Positions 15,852 to 24,000 of a stretch of 24,000 bases of DNA are shown one piece after another. Where the stretch lies: NCBI RefSeq assembly GCF_019049755.1, contig NZ_JAFMOS010000639.1:13747-37746 (forward strand). Direction: 5' to 3'. The notes under the pieces were generated by a model. That model saw nothing but the letters and a program-made list of their open reading frames with translations. It did not search any database and was not told where the DNA came from. A program made the position numbers and the translations under genes. This DNA comes from Rahnella perminowiae. Its GTDB lineage: Bacteria > Pseudomonadota > Gammaproteobacteria > Enterobacterales > Enterobacteriaceae. Position 1 is the first letter of the stretch. Each line of letters begins with the position of its first letter.

Positions 15852-16544
15852 ATGGTTAATCTCTGTGGCGAGAATGGGGTTAATGAAGAGGATAAGACGC
15901 TGAGCAGCCAAAATTCCCCGGCGCCGGGACGTAAAAATGATCCGATAGGGCTCAGGCAGCGCATTTTCGACAGTGCTCTGGCTGAATTCGCTGAATCCGG
16001 TCTGATGGGCGCGCGCATGGAAAACATTGCCTCCAATGCCCGTACCACGAAACGTATGGTGGTCTATCACTATAAGACCAAAGAAGCCCTGTATATGCTG
16101 GTGCTGGAGCACGTTTATCGCGGTATTCGTCAGCATGAACTGGAACTGGACTTATCTTCCCTGCCACCGGCGGAAGCGATCGTTAAACTGGTGGAAGCCA
16201 GCTTTGATTTCCATGTCTCTCATCCGGAATTCATCCGTATTGTGTCCACGGAAAACATGCTGCGTGGCCGGTTTATCCGCCAGTCCACCAGCATCCGTGA
16301 AATTAACAAAACGGCATTAACGCTGCTGGAAGATATCCTTGAACGTGGTAAACAAAGCCATCTGTTTAAGGATGATGCGCAGGCGCGTGACGTTCACCGC
16401 CTCATCAGCAGCCTGTGTGTGCACCAGGTCGCTAACCAATATACGTTCGGCGCTTTGTTTGAAAATCCGGATGAAGGGGATTTACAGACCGCCCATTATC
16501 GCCAGCTGGCTGTCATGGTTGCCCTGCGATATGTGATGAAATAA
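15852..16544 (+). CDS. TetR/AcrR-family transcriptional regulator (~230 aa)
   Basis: HTH region 'RQRIFDSALAEFAESGLMGARMENIASNARTTKRMVVYHYKTKEALY'. The ORF track starts at TTG 15834. The first ATG is 15852 and the SD is weak, so the start is uncertain. Confidence 0.85.
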   Translation: MVNLCGENGVNEEDKTLSSQNSPAPGRKNDPIGLRQRIFDSALAEFAESGLMGARMENIASNARTTKRMVVYHYKTKEALYMLVLEHVYRGIRQHELELDLSSLPPAEAIVKLVEASFDFHVSHPEFIRIVSTENMLRGRFIRQSTSIREINKTALTLLEDILERGKQSHLFKDDAQARDVHRLISSLCVHQVANQYTFGALFENPDEGDLQTAHYRQLAVMVALRYVMK

Positions 16545-16579
16545 TTGTGTTGATCGGACGCTGGTATCGATCTGAAAGC

Positions 16580-16606
16580 AAAAAGGCCTCGTCTGAGGCC
16601 TTTTTT
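16580..16606. terminator. Bidirectional intrinsic terminator between the TetR gene (+) and phoU (-)
   Basis: aaaaaGGCCTCgtctGAGGCCtttttt is a symmetric GC stem with an A5 and a T6 flank. Confidence 0.9.
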
Positions 16607-16628
16607 GTGCGGCAATCTCAGCAAACCG

Positions 16629-17360
16629 TTATTCTTTCGGCGCGTCTTTGCCGTCTGTCAGTAATTTATCCAGTGCGTCGCCGCCGACATGACGGAAATC
16701 CTGACCTTTCACGAAGTAGAAAATGAACTCGCAAATGTTCTGGCAGCGGTCACCGATACGCTCGATAGAACGGGCGCAGAACAGCGCGGTCAGCACGCTT
16801 GGAATCGTCCGCGGATCTTCCATCATGTAAGTCATCAGCTGGCGCACGATGCCTTCATATTCCTGATCCACTTTTTTGTCTTCACGGTAAATACGCACCG
16901 CTTCGTCAAGATCCATACGTGCAAAAGCATCCAGCACATCATGCAGCATCTCTACGGTATGACGCCCCAGCGATTCCAGGCTGACCAGCAACGGCTGGTG
17001 CAAATGTGAGAATTTTTCCAGCGCCGTGCGGCAGATTTTATCGGCCACATCACCGATACGCTCGAGTTCAGAAATGGTTTTGATAATCGCCATCACCAGA
17101 CGTAAATCGCTGGCGGTTGGCTGGCGCTTGGCAATGATGCGCACACAAGCTTCGTCGATCGCCACTTCCATCAGGTTAACTTTGTCATCGCCTTTGATAA
17201 CGCGTTGCGCCAGTTCGGCATCCTGATTGTGCATCGCAGTGATGGCATCAGTCAGTTGTTGCTCAACCAGGCCACCCATCGCCAGAACCTGTGTGCGGAT
17301 GTGCTCAAGCTCTGCATTAAACTGGCCAGAAATGTGTTTGTTTAAGTTCAGGTTATCCAT
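16629..17360 (-). CDS. phoU: Phosphate signalling complex protein PhoU (243 aa)
   Basis: '[28 protein letters not shown]' and duplicated 'ERIGD' motifs. Position downstream of pstB. Confidence 0.97.
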   Translation of the reverse strand: MDNLNLNKHISGQFNAELEHIRTQVLAMGGLVEQQLTDAITAMHNQDAELAQRVIKGDDKVNLMEVAIDEACVRIIAKRQPTASDLRLVMAIIKTISELERIGDVADKICRTALEKFSHLHQPLLVSLESLGRHTVEMLHDVLDAFARMDLDEAVRIYREDKKVDQEYEGIVRQLMTYMMEDPRTIPSVLTALFCARSIERIGDRCQNICEFIFYFVKGQDFRHVGGDALDKLLTDGKDAPKE

Positions 17361-17370
17361 TCTTTTTACC

Positions 17371-18237
<867 letters not shown>

Positions 18238-19125
18238 TTATTGCTTTTTCGGGGCAAAAATCACACGCGCCAGGATGTTCAGTAACAGCACACAAACCGT
18301 AATCAGCAGCACGCCCGCCCAGGCCAGTTGTTGCCATTCGCCGAACGGGCTCATCGCAAACTTAAAGATGGTGACCGGCAGGTTAGCAATCGGCTGCATC
18401 ATGTCGGTGCTCCAGAACTGATTGGAGAGCGAGGTGAACAGCAGCGGCGCGGTTTCACCGGCAATACGGGCAATCGCCAACAGTATCCCGGTAATAATGC
18501 CGGAAACAGAGGCTTTCAGCGTGATGGCTGAGATCATTTTCCACTTCGGCGTACCCAGCGCATAAGCCGCTTCACGCAGGCTGTCCGGCACCAGTTTCAG
18601 CATATTTTCCGTGGTGCGGATAACAATCGGGATCTGTAACAGCGCCAGCGCCAGCACACCCGCCCATCCTGAGAAATGCCCCATTTTTGCCACCATGATG
18701 GTGTACACAAACAAGCCCACCACAATCGATGGCGCGGAGAGCAGGATGTCGTTAATAAAACGGATGAATTCCGCCAGCCAGGATTTACGACCATATTCGG
18801 CGAGATAAATCCCGGCCATGACGCCCAGTGGCGTACCAATCAACGTGGCCCATAAAATCAGTAATCCGCTGCCCGCAATGGCATTAGCCAGACCACCGCC
18901 TGCCGTATTCGGTGGCGGGGTGTTCTGCATGAACAGCGCCAGCGACATTCCGTCAACACCTTTAACGATAGTGGTGAACAGGATCCACACCAGCCAGAAC
19001 AGGCCAAACGCCATGGTCAGCATGGAGATCATCAGTGCCAGACGGTTTTTCTGACGGCGCCACGCCTGACGTTTTCGACGCGATTCCAGCAGCGCCGGGG
19101 TACTTTGCATGTCGAGTGTCGTCAT
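18238..19125 (-). CDS. pstA: Phosphate ABC transporter permease PstA (295 aa)
   Basis: Near-colinear with E. coli PstA: 'AMVSMEII' is not used. The real frame gives '[30 protein letters not shown]' and '[14 protein letters not shown]'. Confidence 0.96.
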   Translation of the reverse strand: MTTLDMQSTPALLESRRKRQAWRRQKNRLALMISMLTMAFGLFWLVWILFTTIVKGVDGMSLALFMQNTPPPNTAGGGLANAIAGSGLLILWATLIGTPLGVMAGIYLAEYGRKSWLAEFIRFINDILLSAPSIVVGLFVYTIMVAKMGHFSGWAGVLALALLQIPIVIRTTENMLKLVPDSLREAAYALGTPKWKMISAITLKASVSGIITGILLAIARIAGETAPLLFTSLSNQFWSTDMMQPIANLPVTIFKFAMSPFGEWQQLAWAGVLLITVCVLLLNILARVIFAPKKQ

Positions 19126-19126
19126 C

Positions 19127-20083
19127 TTAACGGCCCTCTTTCTTAGCCAGACGCAGGATCATCATTTTCGACAGCGCCAGAACAATAAAGGTAATGACGA
19201 ACAGGATCAGTCCCAGTTCCATCAGTGCAGAGGTGTGCAATCCGGCTTCCGCTTCGGCAAATTCGTTCGCCAGTGCGGAGGTAATACTGTTGCCCGGCGC
19301 GTACAGCGATGCGCTGTCGAGCTGGTAGGTGTTACCGATAATGAAGGTCACCGCCATGGTCTCGCCAAGTGCGCGTCCCAGGCCTAACATCACGCCACCA
19401 ATCACACCATTTTTGGTGAACGGCAGCACGATGCGCCAGATCACCTCCCATGTGGTGCAACCAATGCCGTAAGCAGATTCTTTCATCATCACCGGCGTTT
19501 GTTCGAATACATCACGCATAACGGAAGCTATATACGGGATGATCATAATGGCGAGAATGACACCTGCCGCCAGAATACCGATACCGAAACCCGGGCCGGC
19601 AAACAGTTCGCCAACAATCGGGATACCGGAAAGCACGTCGCCCACCGGCGTCTGGAAATATTGCGCAAACAGCGGGGCGAAAACGAACAGACCCCACATG
19701 CCATAAACAATACTGGGGATAGCCGCCAGCAGTTCAATAGCAATCCCCAGCGGGCGCTTCATCCAGTTAGGTGCAAGCTCGGTGAGAAATAATGCGATGC
19801 CAAAGCTCACCGGAACAGCAATCAGCAGGGCAATAATGGAGGTTACAACCGTGCCATAAATCGGCACCAGTGCACCAAATTGTTGGTTCGGCGCATCCCA
19901 GGTTTTCGTCCACAGGAAGGATAATCCGAACTTTTCAATGCTCGGCAGAGAAGCAATAAACAGCGAGACGATAATGCCGCCCAGCATAAATAGCACTATC
20001 AGCGCTGCCAGTTTAACCAGCGCGCCGAAGATGATGTCACCGTTTTTGCCAGGTGCCTTGATAGCCGGCTTGTATTCAGCCAT
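19127..20083 (-). CDS. pstC: Phosphate ABC transporter permease PstC (318 aa)
   Basis: '[22 protein letters not shown]' and '[16 protein letters not shown]'. Its stop lies 1 nt before the pstA ATG (TAAgATG). Confidence 0.96.
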   Translation of the reverse strand: MAEYKPAIKAPGKNGDIIFGALVKLAALIVLFMLGGIIVSLFIASLPSIEKFGLSFLWTKTWDAPNQQFGALVPIYGTVVTSIIALLIAVPVSFGIALFLTELAPNWMKRPLGIAIELLAAIPSIVYGMWGLFVFAPLFAQYFQTPVGDVLSGIPIVGELFAGPGFGIGILAAGVILAIMIIPYIASVMRDVFEQTPVMMKESAYGIGCTTWEVIWRIVLPFTKNGVIGGVMLGLGRALGETMAVTFIIGNTYQLDSASLYAPGNSITSALANEFAEAEAGLHTSALMELGLILFVITFIVLALSKMMILRLAKKEGR

Positions 20084-20108
20084 ACCACTCTCTTTTAATT
20101 CAGATTTA

Positions 20109-20134
20109 ATTCCCTCCCCGGCCGGAGAGGGAAT
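20109..20134 (-). other. GC-rich stem-loop between the ERIC element and the pstC RBS
   Basis: ATTCCCTC-cccggccgga-GAGGGAAT has an 8-bp stem, and the internal CCGG/CCGG can extend it. It is followed on the mRNA by 'TAAATCTGAATTAAAAGAGAGTGGTATG'. Confidence 0.5.
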
Positions 20135-20147
20135 GAAGCAGAGTTAC

Positions 20148-20274
<127 letters not shown>

Positions 20275-20275
20275 C

Positions 20276-21316
20276 CTAGTACAGTGCTTTACCGCTGCTG
20301 TCTTTGATGTTGGTCTTCCAGGCTGCACGGATCTGCTCTACAACAGAGGCTGGCAGTGCGGCATAGTCCAAATCAGTTGTCAGTTTGGTGCCATTTTTGT
20401 AGGCCCAGTCGAAGAACTTCAGCACTTCTGCGCCCTTCGCTGCATCTTGCTGATCTTTGTAAACCAGGATGAAAGTGGTGGAGCTGATTGGCCACGCATT
20501 ATCACCTTTCTGATTGGTCAGGTCCTGAGCGAAGGTTTTGCTCCAGTCAGCGCCTTTAGCAGCTGCACTGAAGGAGGCTTCCGTCGGGCTGATAGCTTTG
20601 CCGTCTGCATCGACCAACTTGGTATAAGCCAGGTTATTTTGCTTAGCATAAGCATATTCAACGTAACCGATTGAACCTGGCAGACGCTGTACGAATGCGG
20701 CCACACCGTCATTGCCTTTGCCACCGAGACCCGTTGGCCAGTTCACCGTTGAACCTGCACCGATTTTGTCTTTCCACTCGCTGTTGACTTTCGCCAGATA
20801 GCTGGTGAATACGAACGAAGTACCGGAACCGTCAGCACGACGCACCACTGCGATGTTGGTGTCTGGCAATTTCACACCCGGGTTCAGCTTAGTGATCGCT
20901 GCGTCGTTCCACTTTTTGATTTTACCGAGGTAAATGTCACCCAGCGTTGCGCCATCGAGTGTCAGCTGACCAGATTTGATGCCAGGGATGTTAACAGCCA
21001 GCACCACGCCACCGATCACGGTAGGGAACTGGAACAGGCCATTTTTATTCAGATCTTCTTCTTTCATCGGTGCATCAGATGCGCCGAAATCAACGGTCTT
21101 GGCGATGATTTGTTTTACGCCGCCGGAAGAACCGATGCCCTGGTAGTTCACCTGAGTACCGGTTGCTTTCTGATATGCGTCAGCCCACTTAGCGTAGACA
21201 GGTGCGGGGAAGGTGCCGCCAGCGCCAGTCAGGTTAGTGGCAGCGAAAGCAGACATTGCTGTGAGGGAGAAAGTCGCTGCTACAAGACCGGCGACGGTGT
21301 TACGCATCAATTTCAT
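20276..21316 (-). CDS. pstS: Periplasmic phosphate-binding protein PstS (346 aa incl. signal peptide)
   Basis: Signal peptide '[25 protein letters not shown]'. '[15 protein letters not shown]', 'YQGIGSSGG' and the C-terminus 'KDSSGKALY' resemble E. coli PstS. Confidence 0.97.
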   Translation of the reverse strand: MKLMRNTVAGLVAATFSLTAMSAFAATNLTGAGGTFPAPVYAKWADAYQKATGTQVNYQGIGSSGGVKQIIAKTVDFGASDAPMKEEDLNKNGLFQFPTVIGGVVLAVNIPGIKSGQLTLDGATLGDIYLGKIKKWNDAAITKLNPGVKLPDTNIAVVRRADGSGTSFVFTSYLAKVNSEWKDKIGAGSTVNWPTGLGGKGNDGVAAFVQRLPGSIGYVEYAYAKQNNLAYTKLVDADGKAISPTEASFSAAAKGADWSKTFAQDLTNQKGDNAWPISSTTFILVYKDQQDAAKGAEVLKFFDWAYKNGTKLTTDLDYAALPASVVEQIRAAWKTNIKDSSGKALY

Positions 21317-21385
21317 GTTCCACTCCTGGTGGTTTTAAACTTCCCGACTGATGTCGACGTTAATTAAAGTGTTTGGCACAGGAGG

Positions 21386-21441
21386 AAAATAGGACAGTTT
21401 AGTGACAGTAAAATGTACGTTATATGACAGTTTTATGACAC
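21386..21441 (-). promoter_or_regulatory. PhoB-dependent pstS promoter: two tandem Pho boxes plus a -10
   Basis: The minus strand reads gTGTCATAAAACTGTCATAtaacgtacattttaCTGTCACTAAACTGTCCTATTTT. Compare the E. coli pstS promoter (CTGTCATAAAACTGTCATA...CTGTCAC...TTGTCCTATTTT) and the Pho-box consensus CTGTCATAWAWCTGTCAY. Confidence 0.88.
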
Positions 21442-21486
21442 CGTTCACAATTCGAACCACCCGGGCAATATGAAGGTGTTTTAAGC

Positions 21487-21511
21487 GGGAAAAGCCGGTT
21501 ATTACACCGGC
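21487..21511 (-). terminator. Intrinsic terminator after rluF
   Basis: Minus strand: GCCGGTgtaataACCGGCTTTT, 22 nt after the rluF stop. Confidence 0.7.
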
Positions 21512-21532
21512 AGATAATGAAAAACAGGTAAA

Positions 21533-22420
21533 TTAACGCCCTTTTTTCTTACGACCAGGCTGGGCAAAACGCTTGCGGGATGCAGAATTAGCTTCAGGTT
21601 TTTCGGTATTTTTTGTTTTTGTGGCAGCCGGTTTTGTGACAACCGCTTTTTTAGCCTGAGTATGCTTTGCCTGCGTTTTTTTCGCCGGTTTATCTTCAGA
21701 CGAGGAGTTTTCAATCAGCCTGAATAACTCGATCAATTCATCATCGGTTAAATCCCGCCATTCTCCCGGTGGAACACCTTTCAGGTTGATGTTCATAATA
21801 CGCACGCGCTCAAGCTTAGTGACTTCATAACCGAAGTGCTTACACATACGGCGGATCTGTCGGTTAAGCCCCTGTACCAGCGTAATACGAAACACCATGG
21901 GTGCTTCTTTCTTTACTTTGCATTTCTTGGTCACCGTGCCAAGCATCGGCACGCCCGCGCCCATACCGGCAATAAACTCGTCTGTGATCGGCTTGTTGAC
22001 GGTGACGATGTATTCTTTTTCGTGGTCGTTACCGGCACGCAGGATTTTGTTGACCAGATCACCGTGATTGGTCAGTAAAATCAGGCCCTGGGAATCTTTA
22101 TCCAGACGGCCAATCGGGAAGACGCGTTTGCTGTGGTTAACGAAATCACGGATGTTGTCCCGCTCACCTTCTTCCATCGTGGTGATGATGCCGACAGGTT
22201 TGTTCAGCGCGATCAGTACCAGATCTTCTTCATCTCGCGGTTCGATAACCTGACCATTCACTTTCACCACATCGCCGGCAAATACCTGAGCGCCTACCGC
22301 GGCACGCCTGCCGTTAATAAAAACATTTCCCTGTTCGATGTAACGATCGGCATCGCGGCGCGAGCAAATTCCGCTCTCGCTGATGTATTTGTTAAGACGA
22401 ATGGAGGAATTGGTCAGCAT
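21533..22420 (-). CDS. rluF: 23S rRNA pseudouridine(2604) synthase RluF (295 aa) with a Lys-rich C-terminal tail
   Basis: '[31 protein letters not shown]' is the S4 domain. '[18 protein letters not shown]' has the catalytic Asp. '[16 protein letters not shown]' and the C-terminus 'PGRKKKGR' match E. coli RluF. Confidence 0.95.
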   Translation of the reverse strand: MLTNSSIRLNKYISESGICSRRDADRYIEQGNVFINGRRAAVGAQVFAGDVVKVNGQVIEPRDEEDLVLIALNKPVGIITTMEEGERDNIRDFVNHSKRVFPIGRLDKDSQGLILLTNHGDLVNKILRAGNDHEKEYIVTVNKPITDEFIAGMGAGVPMLGTVTKKCKVKKEAPMVFRITLVQGLNRQIRRMCKHFGYEVTKLERVRIMNINLKGVPPGEWRDLTDDELIELFRLIENSSSEDKPAKKTQAKHTQAKKAVVTKPAATKTKNTEKPEANSASRKRFAQPGRKKKGR

Positions 22421-22448
22421 TCAGCGGGGTACCTTCAGAAAAACGCGA

Positions 22449-22477
22449 ACTATACCTTATCCGGGGCGGGTTACGAA
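22449..22477 (-). promoter_or_regulatory. Candidate sigma-70 promoter for rluF
   Basis: Minus strand: TTCGTA-N17-TATAGT, ~30 nt upstream of the ATG. The -35 is weak. Confidence 0.3.
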
Positions 22478-22540
22478 GCCTGAGAGGGGAGAATCGTGAT
22501 CGGCTGCCGGGAAAGTGGGGAATCAGGCAAAAACATTCTG

Positions 22541-22568
22541 AAAATAGAAAAGCGCCCCGGGAGGCGCT
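22541..22568 (-). terminator. Intrinsic terminator of glmS
   Basis: Minus strand: AGCGCCtcccggGGCGCT followed by TTTCTATTTTC, starting 31 nt after the glmS stop. Confidence 0.8.
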
Positions 22569-22598
22569 TATATATCGCATAGCTGAAACCGGACAGTC

Positions 22599-24000
22599 TT
22601 ATTCGACAGTCACAGATTTCGCCAGGTTACGTGGCTGGTCAACGTCGGTACCTTTAATCAGGGCAACGTAGTAGGACAGCAACTGTAGCGGAACGGTATA
22701 GAAAATAGGTGCGACAATTTCCTCAACGTGTGGCAGCTGGATAATCTTCATGCCTTCACTGTCGGTAAAACCGGCATCCTGATCGGCAAAGACATACAGC
22801 AAACCGCCACGGGCGCGCACTTCTTCGATATTCGATTTCAGTTTTTCCAGCAATTCGTTATTTGGTGCCACCACGATCACCGGCATATCTGCGTCAATCA
22901 GCGCCAGCGGACCATGCTTCAGCTCACCCGCCGCATAGGCTTCCGCGTGAATATAAGAAATCTCTTTCAGCTTCAGCGCACCTTCCATCGCAATCGGATA
23001 CTGATCACCACGGCCGAGGAACAGAGCGTGATGTTTATCAGAAAAACCTTCGGCCAGCGTTTCGATGGTTTTATCCAGCGACAACATTTGTTCGATACGC
23101 GCAGGCAACGCCTGGAGCGCGTGAACAATATCGTGCTCAACTTGCGGATTCATCCCTTTCAGGCGCCCCATACGCGCCACCAGCATCAGCAGAACGGTCA
23201 GTTGTGTGGTGAACGCTTTGGTTGATGCCACGCCGATTTCGGTGCCTGCTTTGGTCATCAGCGCCAGATCGGATTCACGCACCAGTGAAGAACCGGCTAC
23301 GTTACACACTGCCAGAGAACCGAGATAACCCAGCTCTTTTGACAAACGCAGCGCGGCCAGCGTATCTGCCGTTTCACCAGACTGAGAAAGCGTGATGATC
23401 AGGCTGCCCGGACGAACGGCAGATTTGCGATAGCGAAACTCTGAAGCGATCTCAACATCACAAGGCATGCCAGCCAGTGACTCAAACCAGTAACGCGCCA
23501 CCATTCCCGAGTTATATGACGTGCCACAGGCGATAATCTGCACATGTTGAACACGCGATAAGATTTCGTCCGCTTTTTCGCCCAGCTCGCTGAGGTTCAC
23601 TTCACCGTGGCTGAAACGCCCTTCCAGGGTGTTTTTGATTGCCAGCGGCTGTTCGTAGATCTCTTTTTGCATATAGTGACGGTATACGCCTTTATCACCA
23701 GCGTCGTACTGCACTTTAGATTCAATTTCTTCACGCTCAACGGCATGGCCGGTTTTATCATAAACGCTGACAGAACGGCGTTTAATTTCAGCCACATCCC
23801 CTTCTTCAAGGAACAGGAAGCGACGGGTCACAGGTAACAGTGCCAACTGGTCGGAAGCAATGAAGTTTTCCCCAACGCCACGACCAATCACCAGCGGGCT
23901 ACCGGAACGGGCGGCCACCAGGACAGACGGGTCGCGCCTGTCCATCACCACAGTACCGTAAGCGCCACGCAGTTGCGGGATCACACGCTGTACGACTTCC
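22599..24000 (-). CDS. glmS: Glutamine--fructose-6-phosphate aminotransferase GlmS, C-terminal ~467 codons (5' end outside the window)
   Basis: The frame is open to the window edge. Near-colinear with E. coli GlmS: '[12 protein letters not shown]' region, '[11 protein letters not shown]', '[14 protein letters not shown]', C-terminus '[13 protein letters not shown]'. Confidence 0.97.
   Translation of the reverse strand, partial: EVVQRVIPQLRGAYGTVVMDRRDPSVLVAARSGSPLVIGRGVGENFIASDQLALLPVTRRFLFLEEGDVAEIKRRSVSVYDKTGHAVEREEIESKVQYDAGDKGVYRHYMQKEIYEQPLAIKNTLEGRFSHGEVNLSELGEKADEILSRVQHVQIIACGTSYNSGMVARYWFESLAGMPCDVEIASEFRYRKSAVRPGSLIITLSQSGETADTLAALRLSKELGYLGSLAVCNVAGSSLVRESDLALMTKAGTEIGVASTKAFTTQLTVLLMLVARMGRLKGMNPQVEHDIVHALQALPARIEQMLSLDKTIETLAEGFSDKHHALFLGRGDQYPIAMEGALKLKEISYIHAEAYAAGELKHGPLALIDADMPVIVVAPNNELLEKLKSNIEEVRARGGLLYVFADQDAGFTDSEGMKIIQLPHVEEIVAPIFYTVPLQLLSYYVALIKGTDVDQPRNLAKSVTVE

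Noticed and set aside
21502-21714. 70-aa Lys/Arg-rich ORF overlapping the 3' end of rluF
   Set aside because: It is a frame-shifted reading of the same Lys-rich, A/G-rich codon run that encodes the genuine RluF tail. It has no independent start signals.
22421-22598. Possible Tn7 / Tn7-like or CAST remnant downstream of glmS, including the direct repeat GGGGA(G)AATC at 22486-22495 and 22517-22524
   Set aside because: There are no TGTGGGCG-type termini, no arrays of TnsB-type binding repeats, and no tns/cas genes. The interval is fully explained by the glmS terminator and the rluF promoter region. The short repeat could be chance.

Overview
This is a chromosomal segment from an Enterobacterales genome. 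The ERIC variant suggests a Yersiniaceae-like organism, but the species cannot be fixed without a database search. The conserved backbone matches the E. coli yidC-mnmE ... yieE-yieF-adeP-yieH ... phoU-pstBACS ... glmS region. Gene order is yidC (5'-truncated), mnmE, yieE-like PPTase, yieF/chrR, adeP, yieH, phoU-pstB-pstA-pstC-pstS, rluF, glmS (5'-truncated). Two accessory slots interrupt it. Slot 1 (2.7-6.2 kb) holds a small SDR, a divergent LysR regulator and a Cache-type chemoreceptor with a sigma-28-like promoter. Slot 2 (10.1-16.5 kb) holds an frvABXR-type cluster: PTS EIIA, PTS EIIBC, an M42 aminopeptidase and an HTH/EIIA-domain regulator. It also holds a stand-alone 3-dehydroshikimate-dehydratase-like TIM-barrel gene with a divergent TetR regulator. 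About 2 kb (8%) is non-coding. That fraction contains clear intrinsic terminators, tandem Pho boxes upstream of pstS, a 127-bp ERIC repeat between pstS and pstC, an apparently unoccupied attTn7 downstream of glmS, a perfect 12-bp inverted repeat upstream of frvA, and an orphan CRP-like site. I found no rRNA, tRNA, CRISPR array, transposase, integrase or recognisable defence system. The best candidate for an uncharacterised system is the frv-like PTS/peptidase/regulator cluster and its neighbours. Its substrate is unknown even in E. coli, so this is a hypothesis, not a demonstrated novelty.
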